NCBI GenBank assembly: GCA_016782405.1
Contig: JADHYO010000001.1
Location: 1 to 47,478, forward strand
Reading direction: 5' to 3'
Length of the DNA stretch: 47,478 bases
From: Candidatus Aenigmatarchaeota archaeon
GTDB taxonomy: Archaea; Aenigmatarchaeota; Aenigmatarchaeia; QMZP01
The notes under the pieces: model-generated
Seen by the model: the letters and a program-made list of their open reading frames with translations, nothing else
Told to the model about the DNA's origin: nothing
Databases searched by the model: none
Shown here: in pieces, positions 24,363 through 34,935 of the stretch
Layout of the letters: each line of letters opens with the position of its first letter
Position numbering within the stretch: position 1 is the first letter of the stretch
Position numbers and translations under genes: made by a program

Positions 24363-27300
24363 TTAATTCCTTTTTCTTTTCCTATAAAATCTCAAATAAA
24401 ATGCAACAATTATTATAGCAGCTACAATACCACCAACTGCTGTCGCTGCAACAGCCGGTTGTTCTGAGAAGAAACGTCCTGCAGGGCTTCCCCCTGGGAG
24501 GCATTTCCCCTCTTTGCAACCAAAATCGCAAGATTCTTGTTTAAGCCATTGCATTCCATCTGGAGAGCATTTGGTTACATTATTACCGCTGCATTTTAGC
24601 TCATCTGGGATGCATATCTTTTTGGGAGGTTCAGGCTTTGGGGCCGGGCAGTCTTGTGGGCATGAACCCTTCTCCTCGGGGTCACACTTGTTGTCTCCGC
24701 AATAAGAGCAGGATTGTGATTCAACGGGCTTGCTGGTTGTTGTGTTGCATGAGTTCTCATCGACACATTCTCGGGTCTGGGTTCCTTTTTGGCATTGGCC
24801 CCATGGGGTGCAGTTCCAACTCTCTGTACATGTTACAGGGGAGCTGCCACCACCACCGCCACCGCCGCTGGAGCCACCAGTTGTGGCGCAGGCCCCGCAG
24901 TCAGTTGAACAGGAAGAACATGATTCAGAAGAATCGCAGACTGAATCACCGCAAGTGAAGTTCTCTGCAATTGAAAAGGCAGAGAGGTTGGTACTGTTTA
25001 TAATTACAAAGTTACCTGAGGTGCTGAGGCTGTAATTTGCGAGTAGGCTTTCCCAGGAGCCTTCGCATGTTCGGGCAGAGAAGTTCCACGTATGGCACGC
25101 GTATGGGTGGACGCGGGATTCGCTAGTGAATTCTCCCTCAGTATATTGTATGCTCAGGGATACTTTGCTGAAATTGAAACCAGTTTCCATTGAAACACTT
25201 TCCCTGAATGCAATTATCCCTGAGGGCAGACCGGTTGAAACTGAAAAGCCACTGTCTAGGCTTATATTTCTGTTGGTTTCAGCAGATATGTTTGTGCTGA
25301 AAATTGTTGCATTGAAATCTGCGGTCTCAAACGCAATGTCAAAGAACCCAGTTGGGATGGATGCAATGAATTCGCTCACGTTGGTTGTTGACTGTGCCCT
25401 CAGGATACTGGTACCATTATAATAAACCTTTACCCTTGTGACATTTGTTGCGTTTCCTGCATTGTTGTTGATTGACATGCTCACGTTAACTGGTGAAGCC
25501 ACTTCCAGGGATCCGGCCGAAAGGTTGACCTCATTTCCCCAGGAATCATTTGCATGGATTGTTACTGAATACATTCCGAGGAGGCTGGATGTGTTGATGC
25601 TTGAGTTGAAAAGCCCAATCCCTGCTGAGTAAAGTGTTCCTGTGAAATTTGCTGTTGAGTTTGTTATGTTGAAACGGATAGTATCCAATACCCCATTATC
25701 TGAAACTTTTGCAATGATTGTTATGTTTTCCCCAACACTGGCAAGCGGCTGCGAGATGTTGGCTGCGGTGATGTTAGGGGAAGTGGTGTCATTCACTATC
25801 AGGTTGTAGGTTGTGAAATTTACTGAATAGTTTTGGTTCTCTTCAAAAATTGCGGTGATGTTGTATGTTCCTGGACTCTCCAACACACTGATATTTTCCA
25901 CTCTCCCAGACGAGTTCCCTGATAGAGAATTGTTTATGAACAAGAGGATGGTCTGGTTCGGGGAAACAATTACAGTGAAATTAATGCTGCTATTTTCAAC
26001 TGCGGAGATGTTTCCTTGGGTGCTGTTCAGAAGCAGGGTCACGTTGGAGGTTGCCTTGTCTATTGTGAACTCTATTTTTTCTGTTGAGTTCTCGTTGCCG
26101 GCGGTGTCATTCCCAAATGATATCCAATAGAACGTTCCTGCCGGAAGTGTTTCATTGTGGTTTGTCACATTGTTTCCAAAGGATACCATAGTGTAATTCA
26201 TTGCTGAGCCTGACCAATTCCCCTCGATTAAAACAGAGTCCATTCCTGTACTGTCATTCCATGTCACGTTAAAAACAGAGGCTGATTCTGCATATGTCGA
26301 GTGTATATCAGAGGCATTATTCTCCCATGTCGGGTTGGTGGCGTCTATTGTTAAGGTGAAGTTTGATGCTGAGAAATTAGACTCATTCAACTCATTGAAC
26401 GCAAGACAGTTCCATTCGAATTTACCTTCTGGGATTCCTGCCAGCTCCCAGGAAGACGAATTACTTGCTCCGGAAACATCTGAAGTCTGGTTCAGTGCCC
26501 AGTTTCCAAGCGCGCTGGTGTACAGTGATATGTTGGTAAGGTTGTTCTGTATGTCAAAGACTGAGCAATTGAATTCAATGGTTGTGTTTCCTGTCAACGT
26601 GTTGTTCGAAGGGGAATTCAGGGTGATGGTGAGGTTGTTCGACTGCAGCTCATGGGAGCTGATTAGCGAGAAACTTTGGTTGGCTTGTGGGACAGATGTT
26701 CCATTTACCACAACGATCCATTCCCCTGCTGCTGGAGAAGATACTAAAACCTGCTCTATTGGGTTGATGTCATCCTTCTGTAGCTGGGAGGCGGGCTGGG
26801 TGGGGTTGCTGACATTCAATGTCCAGGGGAATGCCTGGGAGCTGTTCGGGGCAGTGACAATCAAATCAAGGTCATTAACCAATGCCTTGGCAGCTAAAGG
26901 AGTTCCTTCATAATCATCCCATGCCAATGTAATCTTTAGCTCTGACTCAGTTCCAGATGCATTAATGGAATATGTTTTGCTGTCACCTGTTGCAGTAATG
27001 TTATCTTCAACAATCACAGTGCTGTTCACATTCTCCCTTACCTTGTCCACTGCAGCTGTTGCATTCACCAGGCCCCAGCCTGTTGTGTAATCAGGTCCTG
27101 TTTCATTCAAATCCTTTGCAGTATGTGTTAGCAACGCTTTCATTGTGGACGGGAGAAGGACATTATTGCTGTTATAATTTTTGTAGTCCTCTACTACAAT
27201 GGCGGCAATACCTGCCACAGCAGGGGTTGCCATTGATGTTCCGCTCTTTACTGTACAGTCACTGTTTGAGTCATCGTCCAAAGAGGAAATAGAAACCCCA

Positions 27301-28631
27301 GGCACAACTACATCTGGCCTAATCCTCCCATCATCAGTTGGGCCCCATGAACTGAATGAACTCATCGCTTCTGAATCATCCACTGCACCGACTACGATGT
27401 TGTTTTTTGCTGTTGCAGCAACTCCAGTTGTGTTATATCCAGGGTAGGGTGCCCAGGTGCTTGTACATGCATATGATCGCTCATTACCTGCAGCCCAAAT
27501 AGAAATGAACGGCCTTCCAAGCGAGCCGCGGACAGTCTGGTCCACAAGCTGGGCAGTTGTCTCATAGTCCCCATTAAATGCACAGGAATACCCATTTAGT
27601 CCGGCATTGCTTCCAATTGAGTTGGTGTTTATACTTGCATTATATATGTGCAGGGATTCATTGTAATCATCCTCTAAGTCAGTTGATGTGTTGTACAGAC
27701 AGTATGGGACGCAGTTGCCATAACCATATGAAACAATTGTCACGTTTGGTGCCATCCCTTTCCTGCAGCTAACCCCAGAGCCTCCAACAGTTCCAGCTAC
27801 GTGTGTGGCATGACTTGCCACAGACTCGCCCCCTTCTCCCTGTGTTACCCTCCCTATTAAATCGTTGTGACTGTCAAGGACCAAGCCACCGTCATAGACC
27901 AGTACAGTCACTCCAGAGCCTTTCAAATTATAGGGCGCTGCCTGTATGGTGTTAACATTTGCAGCGCTCCGTATCCCGTCATTCAACTCGCTCATTGGCG
28001 GTGGGAGCTGGTCTATCCATTTCACCTCACCCTCCCGGGCCAGTTGCCTAATCCGTCCTGGCTTCAGACCAACCTTTAGGGCGTTTAATGTTGGGAATTC
28101 CTCAGTCACAGTCCCTCCTTTTCTCTCCACAATCCCTGCTGATTCTTCCAAGTCAATGTCCTTGAAGAAATAAACAATAAGTGTTAGGGAGCCGTCAGAA
28201 TTTATGCTCCACTCAGCAGGGTTTTCCAGGTTCGGGCTTATTTTATCATCTTCTTCCAGCTGTGCCAGATACGTCACCTCACTTCTCTGGGTGGTTGCAG
28301 AAGGATTGTTCACCTTAGCGATCCAGGCCTGCTCTGGTATGTATTCCAGAAGCTCAATCCCCTCTTCACTAAGCTGCTGCTGCTCTTTTGGGGTTGGGAT
28401 ATGGTCAAGTTGTATTAAGTAATATCCAGGTGGCTGGAAGTCCAACCCTACCCGCTTTCCTGGGGAAATTTGTCTGGATTTCAAGAGTATTTTTTTCTCT
28501 TTTCCCACCACTTTGACTTCCTTGATTTTAAGTTTTGCAACTTTTTTCACCACAAAACCCTCAAAAGCAAGATATTGAATTATGGCAATCGCCACAATCA
28601 AAACAATGATAATAGACACGGCCCTCTTCAT
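24363..28631 (-). CDS. Giant secreted subtilisin-like (S8) serine peptidase with repetitive N-glycosylation-sequon-rich domains, Cys-rich modules, a poly-Gly linker and a C-terminal TM anchor
   Basis: Catalytic triad contexts VTVLVYDGG (Asp), HATHVAGTVGG (His) and SGTSMATPAVAG (Ser). N-terminal signal/TM segment. GGSSGGGGGGGSS linker. C-terminal hydrophobic segment followed by YRKRKRN. Confidence 0.85.
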   Translation of the reverse strand: MKRAVSIIIVLIVAIAIIQYLAFEGFVVKKVAKLKIKEVKVVGKEKKILLKSRQISPGKRVGLDFQPPGYYLIQLDHIPTPKEQQQLSEEGIELLEYIPEQAWIAKVNNPSATTQRSEVTYLAQLEEDDKISPNLENPAEWSINSDGSLTLIVYFFKDIDLEESAGIVERKGGTVTEEFPTLNALKVGLKPGRIRQLAREGEVKWIDQLPPPMSELNDGIRSAANVNTIQAAPYNLKGSGVTVLVYDGGLVLDSHNDLIGRVTQGEGGESVASHATHVAGTVGGSGVSCRKGMAPNVTIVSYGYGNCVPYCLYNTSTDLEDDYNESLHIYNASINTNSIGSNAGLNGYSCAFNGDYETTAQLVDQTVRGSLGRPFISIWAAGNERSYACTSTWAPYPGYNTTGVAATAKNNIVVGAVDDSEAMSSFSSWGPTDDGRIRPDVVVPGVSISSLDDDSNSDCTVKSGTSMATPAVAGIAAIVVEDYKNYNSNNVLLPSTMKALLTHTAKDLNETGPDYTTGWGLVNATAAVDKVRENVNSTVIVEDNITATGDSKTYSINASGTESELKITLAWDDYEGTPLAAKALVNDLDLIVTAPNSSQAFPWTLNVSNPTQPASQLQKDDINPIEQVLVSSPAAGEWIVVVNGTSVPQANQSFSLISSHELQSNNLTITLNSPSNNTLTGNTTIEFNCSVFDIQNNLTNISLYTSALGNWALNQTSDVSGASNSSSWELAGIPEGKFEWNCLAFNELNESNFSASNFTLTIDATNPTWENNASDIHSTYAESASVFNVTWNDSTGMDSVLIEGNWSGSAMNYTMVSFGNNVTNHNETLPAGTFYWISFGNDTAGNENSTEKIEFTIDKATSNVTLLLNSTQGNISAVENSSINFTVIVSPNQTILLFINNSLSGNSSGRVENISVLESPGTYNITAIFEENQNYSVNFTTYNLIVNDTTSPNITAANISQPLASVGENITIIAKVSDNGVLDTIRFNITNSTANFTGTLYSAGIGLFNSSINTSSLLGMYSVTIHANDSWGNEVNLSAGSLEVASPVNVSMSINNNAGNATNVTRVKVYYNGTSILRAQSTTNVSEFIASIPTGFFDIAFETADFNATIFSTNISAETNRNISLDSGFSVSTGLPSGIIAFRESVSMETGFNFSKVSLSIQYTEGEFTSESRVHPYACHTWNFSARTCEGSWESLLANYSLSTSGNFVIINSTNLSAFSIAENFTCGDSVCDSSESCSSCSTDCGACATTGGSSGGGGGGGSSPVTCTESWNCTPWGQCQKGTQTRECVDENSCNTTTSKPVESQSCSYCGDNKCDPEEKGSCPQDCPAPKPEPPKKICIPDELKCSGNNVTKCSPDGMQWLKQESCDFGCKEGKCLPGGSPAGRFFSEQPAVAATAVGGIVAAIIIVAFYLRFYRKRKRN

Positions 28632-28672
28632 GTTTTATTTATGCTCAACGTTTATATTAAGGGTGAGCTGAC

Positions 28673-28981
28673 ATGGAAACAGGTGAGTCTATGACACTCA
28701 AGCGGAAAGACTACACGATCCATTACATTAAACCTTGCACTGTTGAAAAAGGGAAGAAAATGGCAAAGATCCGGCTGAAAAACCCGCCTGCAGGGATATG
28801 CAACAAGTTGAAAAAAACATTCAGTGATGCTAAATGCTTCCCTAACCTAGGCGTTACCAGAATAGAACGTGGCAGGAAACAAATTATTATTTTCCAGAAC
28901 GGGGAGATTGTTATTCGCTCAGCAGAGAATGAGAAGGATGTCATCAAGACAGCAGATGCGATTCTAAAGGCACTGAAATAA
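28673..28981 (+). CDS. Small protein with a single TBP-fold-like lobe (tentative)
   Basis: FPNLGVTRIERGRKQIIIFQNGEIVIRSAENEKDVIKTADAILKAL resembles one TBP repeat (FPG..i.....k.alLIFsSGKiVcTGAKS..d...A..k....L). The start is ambiguous (Met at 28673, 28691 or 28760). Confidence 0.4.
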   Translation: METGESMTLKRKDYTIHYIKPCTVEKGKKMAKIRLKNPPAGICNKLKKTFSDAKCFPNLGVTRIERGRKQIIIFQNGEIVIRSAENEKDVIKTADAILKALK

Positions 28982-29008
28982 TTTATAGCATCCCCCCAAA
29001 CAAATTTA

Positions 29009-29854
29009 ATGAACAAGAGAATTGTTTCTGTTCTGCTTGTTTTATTTGTTGTGTTATTCTCAGTTTCAACAACATTCACAGGACATTTCTTGCAAGAGGC
29101 TACCTTGGATGAAGCTCCGCTGAAAGGAGAAACATTTCTAGTTGAAAGGGTGATCGATGGGGATACCTTGGTGATCGAGGGTGGGGAAAGGGTCCGCCTA
29201 CTTGGAATCGACACACCGGAAACAGGTCAGCACCTCTTTTCAGAGGCAACATCCATTCTGAAGGAATTGGTAGAAGGCAAGCTAGTTAGGTTGGAGAAGG
29301 ACATTACTGATCGGGATAAATACGATCGCCTGCTCCGCTACATCCATATCAATGGAATGTTTGTCAACACTGAGCTCCTGAAGCATGGGATGGCTTCCAC
29401 GCTTTTTTACGAGCCTGATATTCGCTACCAAGAAGAATTTCTCCAGGCAGAAGCTCTTGCAAGGGAAGCTGGTCTTGGTGTTTGGGCATTTCCTGCTGGT
29501 GATTTTTGCCTTGGGATCTTCCGCTTACACTACAATGCCCGCGGAGACGACAATGATAACCTGAACGATGAGTATGTTACATTCAGAAACAAGTGCTTCC
29601 ACCCAATCTCTTTGGACGGGCTTCTACTGAAAGACCATGCCAATGCATCTTTCAGTTTCCCTGACATTATGTTAGCAAACAAATCCACTGTCACACTGCA
29701 CACAGGTTCTGGTAAAGACAGTGCAACAGACCTTTTCTGGGGAAAGACCAGGGCAGTCTGGAACAATAATGGAGATTCCCTGACAATCTGGCACAAAGGG
29801 GAGCAGCTGCTACAGCATACGTATCAAGGCTTTTTAAAAAGCAACCCCAAATAA
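29009..29854 (+). CDS. Secreted/membrane-anchored thermonuclease (SNase-like) with a C-terminal lamin-tail-like domain
   Basis: N-terminal hydrophobic segment. GDTLVIEGGERVRLLGIDTPE and YDRLLRY SNase motifs. C-terminal NARGDDNDNLNDEYVTFRNK is LTD-like. Confidence 0.75.
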   Translation: MNKRIVSVLLVLFVVLFSVSTTFTGHFLQEATLDEAPLKGETFLVERVIDGDTLVIEGGERVRLLGIDTPETGQHLFSEATSILKELVEGKLVRLEKDITDRDKYDRLLRYIHINGMFVNTELLKHGMASTLFYEPDIRYQEEFLQAEALAREAGLGVWAFPAGDFCLGIFRLHYNARGDDNDNLNDEYVTFRNKCFHPISLDGLLLKDHANASFSFPDIMLANKSTVTLHTGSGKDSATDLFWGKTRAVWNNNGDSLTIWHKGEQLLQHTYQGFLKSNPK

Positions 29855-29859
29855 GAGGT

Positions 29860-30507
29860 ATGAATCACGGGGATTTCATCAAGATCGACTTCCTGGGAAA
29901 AATTGTCAGCACAGGCCAGATTTTCGACTTTACCCAGGAGGAGGTTGCCAAAAAAGAAGGGTTGCATAACACTGAACACAAGTATGTTCCAGCCCTGGTT
30001 ATTATTGGTGACAACATGGTGATTCCTGGTGTTGAGAAACATTTGAAAGAGATGAAGATCGGTGAGGAAAAGGAATTTACTGTTCCACCGGAGGAGGCTT
30101 TTGGTCCGAGGAACCCAAAGTTGGTTAAGCTTTTCCCCATGTCCGCCTTCATCAAGCAAAACATAAACCCAGTTCCAGGGGCATTTGTTGAGATTGAAAA
30201 AATGCGTGGCAAAGTCCAGTCTGCTGCTGCTGGACGGGTCAGGGTTGACTTTAACCACCCGCTTGCGGGCAAGGAATTGGAATACTGGATAAAAATAACA
30301 GCGCAGATAACAACAGCAGAGAGCAAGGTTTCAGAACTCTTCTCCTATTATTCCATACCGCATACACCGGAAATTCAGGATGCTGCGCTTACAATAGAAA
30401 CCGATAAGCCAATCCCTCATGAGATGAAAAGCTTCATCGAAGAAATCATTGCAAAGTGGGTAAAATCGATCAAAACAGTGAAATTTTCTGAAAAAAAGGA
30501 AAAATGA
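29860..30507 (+). CDS. FKBP-type peptidyl-prolyl cis-trans isomerase (archaeal SlyD-like, with IF insert)
   Basis: GDFIKIDFLGKI..GQIFDFT, ALVIIGDNMVIPGVEKHLKEMKIGEEKEFTVPPEEAFG, NHPLAGKELEYWIKI. Confidence 0.8.
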   Translation: MNHGDFIKIDFLGKIVSTGQIFDFTQEEVAKKEGLHNTEHKYVPALVIIGDNMVIPGVEKHLKEMKIGEEKEFTVPPEEAFGPRNPKLVKLFPMSAFIKQNINPVPGAFVEIEKMRGKVQSAAAGRVRVDFNHPLAGKELEYWIKITAQITTAESKVSELFSYYSIPHTPEIQDAALTIETDKPIPHEMKSFIEEIIAKWVKSIKTVKFSEKKEK

Positions 30508-30574
30508 TTTTGGGTCACAAAAGGTTTTTAAATCTTACTTTTATTAGTTAACTATTCAAGCTTACGTGAAAAAT

Positions 30575-31669
30575 ATGGTTGAACAACTTCTCAATACAGT
30601 GCAGGGGGTCTCCGAGAGGCGGTCTGAAATAGACGATGAACTACGGAAGATTCTTGAGTCCAGAAAAGCAGAAATAAAAGTCATAGGAGCTGGCGGCGCC
30701 GGTGGAAATACTGTTTCAAGGCTCATGCAGGTTGGAATTGTTGGGGCTGAAACACTTGTAATAAACACAGATGCCCAGGATTTGCTTTATTCTGATGCTG
30801 ATCGCAAGGTTTTGATTGGAAAAGATATCACAGGAGGCCTTGGCGCTGGCGCAGACCCCAAGATTGGGATGGAAGCAGCCAAGGAATCCAAAGATGAGAT
30901 TAAGCGCGCTATTGAGGGGGCGGATATGGTCTTCATTAACTGCGGCCTTGGTGGCGGAACTGGGACAGGCGCTTCCCCTATAATCGCTGATGTTGCCAAA
31001 AAGCTCGGTGCTCTGACAGTTGCTATTGTCACCCTACCGTTCACAATGGAAGGCAAGCAGCGTGGCAGGAATGCTCAGGAAGGCCTTGAAAACCTAGAGG
31101 GTATGGTTGACACATTGATTGTTATACCAAATGACAAGCTCCTTGACATTGTCCCTGACGTCTCGGTCACGACGGCGTTCAAAGTGGCTGATGAAATCCT
31201 TGTTAATGCTGTCAAAGGTATTGCTGAACTGATTACTAAACCGGGCCTGGTCAACCTGGACTTTGCTGACATCCGAGCAGTAATGGGCTCTGGTGGCCTG
31301 GCAATGATTGGTATGGGTGAATCTGACACAGAGAACCGTGCCATGGAATCTGTTGAAAAGGCGTTGAACAATCCGCTACTGGACATTGACATTGAAGGTG
31401 CAATCGGGGCCTTGATTAATGTCTCTGGTGGAAGTGATATCACAATCAAGGAATGCCAAGAAATCGTTGAAGGTGTCTCCTCAAAGATAAACCAGGACGC
31501 CAAGATAATCTGGGGCGCCCAGGTAATCAAAGAGCTTGGCGACACCATAAGGTCAATGCTTGTAATCACTGGCGTGAAGAGCTCGCAAATTTATGGCCCA
31601 AGCAAGACAATCTCTGCTGAAAAACAAAAAGAGATTGAGAGGGTCCTTGGTGTTGATTTTGTCGGATAA
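30575..31669 (+). CDS. ftsZ: Cell division protein FtsZ
   Basis: [10 protein letters not shown], the tubulin signature [17 protein letters not shown] and VIPND. ATG at 30575 preferred over the listed GTG at 30566. Confidence 0.9.
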   Translation: MVEQLLNTVQGVSERRSEIDDELRKILESRKAEIKVIGAGGAGGNTVSRLMQVGIVGAETLVINTDAQDLLYSDADRKVLIGKDITGGLGAGADPKIGMEAAKESKDEIKRAIEGADMVFINCGLGGGTGTGASPIIADVAKKLGALTVAIVTLPFTMEGKQRGRNAQEGLENLEGMVDTLIVIPNDKLLDIVPDVSVTTAFKVADEILVNAVKGIAELITKPGLVNLDFADIRAVMGSGGLAMIGMGESDTENRAMESVEKALNNPLLDIDIEGAIGALINVSGGSDITIKECQEIVEGVSSKINQDAKIIWGAQVIKELGDTIRSMLVITGVKSSQIYGPSKTISAEKQKEIERVLGVDFVG

Positions 31670-31679
31670 ATTTCTGGAT

Positions 31680-32780
31680 TTACTCTGCTTTAACCCCTTC
31701 CCTGTCAATAGTAGCATCAATTAAGTAGAGGCCTGCTTCTTTCCATGCCTGCTTGATTTTTTCTGAAACTTCAGGGGAAAAACTAACTGCAATCCCACAG
31801 TCTCCGCCCCCTGCGCCGGATAGCTTGCCAGCCCCGCCTGCCCTGTTAGCAATCTCACTCAATGTCTTCAGGTCTGCGGTTTCAATAGGAACCCCTGATT
31901 TCTGGCCTAAATCCTGCAGAAGGGATTCATTCTTCCTGAGAAGATCCAGGACTTTTTCCCTGTTCTGCTCTTTCCAGGCAGGTATGAGCTCCCCAACAAG
32001 GGATGCGATACCTGCAAAAGCCTGATTGTATGCCTCTTTATTATCTGCAGCCCATGCATTCAGTTGTTTTATCATTGCTGAAGTAGAGGCTGATTCCTTT
32101 GTCCAGCCAATATCCAATCTGAAGTCCTCAGAAACCTCCAGTGGCTCCACCATAAAGCCGGGCCATTCCTGTGAAACAATCTCCTTTAGGGAAATCCCTG
32201 CTTCCATCTGTTCCACAAGCCACTTGGCGTCAAATCGTTTGTAGACGAAAAGGCCACCGTACGTGGAGGCTGCTACATCAAACCCACTTCCCACCTTTCC
32301 CTGGGCATTGTAATGTACAATCGCTGAGAGTTTGTAGATTTCCTCCTTTCCAGCCTGATAACCATGAAAATCCAAGACAGCCTTCACCACAGCCACCACT
32401 GTGGCAGCTGAGGAACCAAAACCTATCTTCTTTTGCTGGCCGCCAATCTCAATTTGGGTGTCCTCGCCCCAGGTCCTGATGGAGAATGGTTTGAACTCCA
32501 CACTGTTCTCCCCCAAGAACCTAAGGACAGTCTCGATTGATGCTTTCAAAAACTTAATATCTCCTGCATTTACTTCCCCCTCCGGGCTAAGAACCTTACC
32601 GTCCCACGTTAGCTTGAGGTCCTTGATACCAAAATCATCAATAGTCACCAAGAACTCCTCGGCCTGGCTTATTTCTGCATGCACGCGTTTGTTAACAGCA
32701 GCTACAATCCCAGGATTACCAACCTCAAGAATAGCCCATTCACCAGACACAAACAATTTCCCAGGAGCTGAGACATGCAT
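31680..32780 (-). CDS. Phosphomevalonate kinase (ERG8/GHMP type)
   Basis: GKLFVSGEWAILE, GFGSSAATVVAV, GWTKESASTS and SGAGGGDCGIAVSF parallel the Gram-positive/eukaryotic PMK motifs (GKLYWAGEYAILE, GWTKE, SGAGGGDCGIA). Start at the ATG at 32780, 4 nt after the MK stop. Confidence 0.75.
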   Translation of the reverse strand: MHVSAPGKLFVSGEWAILEVGNPGIVAAVNKRVHAEISQAEEFLVTIDDFGIKDLKLTWDGKVLSPEGEVNAGDIKFLKASIETVLRFLGENSVEFKPFSIRTWGEDTQIEIGGQQKKIGFGSSAATVVAVVKAVLDFHGYQAGKEEIYKLSAIVHYNAQGKVGSGFDVAASTYGGLFVYKRFDAKWLVEQMEAGISLKEIVSQEWPGFMVEPLEVSEDFRLDIGWTKESASTSAMIKQLNAWAADNKEAYNQAFAGIASLVGELIPAWKEQNREKVLDLLRKNESLLQDLGQKSGVPIETADLKTLSEIANRAGGAGKLSGAGGGDCGIAVSFSPEVSEKIKQAWKEAGLYLIDATIDREGVKAE

Positions 32781-32784
32781 AAAA

Positions 32785-33804
32785 TCACCCTTCGACCCTG
32801 ACACCCTCAACACCAAGCTCTGCTTCAAGCGGCTCAAACCCAAGCTCTTTAATTGTTTTTATTAGCTGTTCCTTGTCTTTATGATAACAAAGCATTGTTC
32901 CTCCACCACCTGCACCACACAGCTTGGCAGCCCCTCCTATTTCCCTAACCCTTTCCACAATCCTGTCAATAGCAGGGGTTGAAACCCCAAACTGTTTAAG
33001 GTTTTGTTGGGTAAGGTCGATTAGACTCTGGACTGTATCAAAATCCTTCCCCTTTAAGGCGGTCCTCATTTCTAGGGCAGCCTTTCCAATAGCTTCCACA
33101 GCAGGATCCCTAATTGAGGGGTCAAGCCCCCTAACATCCTGAACCAACTCTCCTGTGGATTTCTCAGGTTTGCCAGTGTAAACTAGGACAACATTCTCCA
33201 GTGAATAAGGAATCTCCTCCTTTAGTGAGTCAATTGTATTTGGGTCCCCTTTCTGGAACCATATCAACCCTCCGAAGCAACATGCAGCATTATCCCCGCC
33301 AGAAGGGGTTCCATGCTTGAATTGTTCAATCTCAAAAACCAGGGAATTCAATTCCTCTTTCCCCAATGGTTTTTCATAAACCTCAGAAACAGCTTTCACA
33401 AGAGCTGCTGCCAGGGCAGCAGACGAGCCCACACCAGCCCCCACAGGGACATTCCCGCTAACTTTAAGGGAAACCCCAGAATCAATCCCTAACTTGTTCA
33501 ATGCGTGTCCAATCGCAACCTTCTTGAAATCGCTACCCTTGACAAGGGAAAAAACCTCTGAAAAATCCTTTTTTTGAAGCCCCTCTTCCCAGAGCTTTAC
33601 AGCTTGCGAGGCAGCTTCTTTACATTCTTGTACTCCCCATTCCAGGTCAGGTCCCATTTCAGGGTCTGAAACCCTGATATTTTCAGCTTTTTCTGCCTCC
33701 ACCACAGTTCTCCTGCCAATAGCTGCGATGATGGCGGGAGTACCATAGACGACTGCATGTTCTCCGATTATTATACATTTGCCAGGTACAGATACTTTGA
33801 CCAT
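32785..33804 (-). CDS. mvk: Mevalonate kinase
   Basis: PGKCIIIGEHAVVYG N-terminus, GHMP motif PVGAGVGSSAALAAA and C-terminal KLCGAGGGGTML. Confidence 0.8.
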   Translation of the reverse strand: MVKVSVPGKCIIIGEHAVVYGTPAIIAAIGRRTVVEAEKAENIRVSDPEMGPDLEWGVQECKEAASQAVKLWEEGLQKKDFSEVFSLVKGSDFKKVAIGHALNKLGIDSGVSLKVSGNVPVGAGVGSSAALAAALVKAVSEVYEKPLGKEELNSLVFEIEQFKHGTPSGGDNAACCFGGLIWFQKGDPNTIDSLKEEIPYSLENVVLVYTGKPEKSTGELVQDVRGLDPSIRDPAVEAIGKAALEMRTALKGKDFDTVQSLIDLTQQNLKQFGVSTPAIDRIVERVREIGGAAKLCGAGGGGTMLCYHKDKEQLIKTIKELGFEPLEAELGVEGVRVEG

Positions 33805-33854
33805 AACTAATAGGAAGGGGTTTGTTTTAAAAAGTTTATTCGTCTACTCTAGAC

Positions 33855-34901
33855 ATGAAGCCAGAACCCTTTAGGATAGATGATTCCCGCATGCCGGTGC
33901 TTTTGGGCAGTGCCACAAAGATTCCGAGCTACGCATACCCCAATTGGGGTATTCCTCCAGGGCGTTACAGAGACAAGAGCGACGATCTTTACTCAGTTGA
34001 ATGGAAGGGTGGTTCCCCCAGGCAGATGCAGTATGTTATTGATGCCGTGACCAGGGCGGGTCTTGGGAACTATTCCGTAATGCTCAGGGACGCTGCAGCT
34101 GAATCTGTTTCTGATATTGTCAAGAGAAAAAAGGGAAGGGTGAACATCTTTGAGCCTGGTGCAGGTGTTAGCACTGAGGTTATCTATAAGAAACTGTATG
34201 AGGAAGGTGTGGACCTTGGTAGAGTGACCTTCGTTATGGTAGAACCTAGTCAATCCCGAGTGGAGGGATCTGCTGCTAAGCTGGAATCAGATTATGGGCT
34301 TCGCAGAGGCAAGCACCTCCATGTTCATTGTGGAAAGGATACAGACTCCCCACGGTTCGCAGAGCCATGCTCCCAGGATATTGTGGTATGCGTTGCCCAA
34401 ATACATCATCATTCCTACCTTGACAAACCATTAACAATGCTACACCATGTCACTGCCCCAGGGGGTTACCTTGTTATTGCAGATTGGCACAATTCAATGT
34501 GGGAACACCCCTCCAGGGTTTATGTATACTTGAAGAATCAATTCGAGTGGGAAACAAAGGACCGCGACCTGGCGGCGTTTGTAAAAGCGTTTCCCAGGGC
34601 TATTAGAGAATTCCCCGAAACATCACCAACCCTTATTGAGGCAAACGAACAAATCAGGCAGTACTGGAAGGATGGTTGGGAAGTGATCAGGGATGAAGCT
34701 ATTTTTAAGGGGGAATTCAAGCCAGATGATGACATCCTGATGCTTGAGGGTCACAGGCCAGTTAGAAAGTATGAAGATGAAATAGAGGCCGTGGGATATG
34801 TCCTCGATGATACGTTCTACAGACGGACTGATTCCCGGAAATTGCTTATCCCAAGGAGCGAGATACTTGCCCAGCTTATTGCGAAAAAACCAAAGGAGTG
34901 A
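33855..34901 (+). CDS. Class I SAM-dependent methyltransferase-like protein
   Basis: Motif I-like VNIFEPGAGVSTE. Later DIVVCVAQIHH and GGYLVIADWH. Confidence 0.5.
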   Translation: MKPEPFRIDDSRMPVLLGSATKIPSYAYPNWGIPPGRYRDKSDDLYSVEWKGGSPRQMQYVIDAVTRAGLGNYSVMLRDAAAESVSDIVKRKKGRVNIFEPGAGVSTEVIYKKLYEEGVDLGRVTFVMVEPSQSRVEGSAAKLESDYGLRRGKHLHVHCGKDTDSPRFAEPCSQDIVVCVAQIHHHSYLDKPLTMLHHVTAPGGYLVIADWHNSMWEHPSRVYVYLKNQFEWETKDRDLAAFVKAFPRAIREFPETSPTLIEANEQIRQYWKDGWEVIRDEAIFKGEFKPDDDILMLEGHRPVRKYEDEIEAVGYVLDDTFYRRTDSRKLLIPRSEILAQLIAKKPKE

Positions 34902-34935
34902 AAGGTTTAAAAAATTTACCTTCCAGTGAATTACT

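Noticed and set aside
24514-28422. Numerous 60-190-aa ORFs antisense to the S8 peptidase gene (for example 26335..26913). Similar antisense ORFs occur inside ftsZ, MK/PMK, the hydrolase gene and the pilus genes.
   Set aside because: All are embedded in longer ORFs that have clear catalytic or family motifs on the opposite strand, and their translations are low-complexity.
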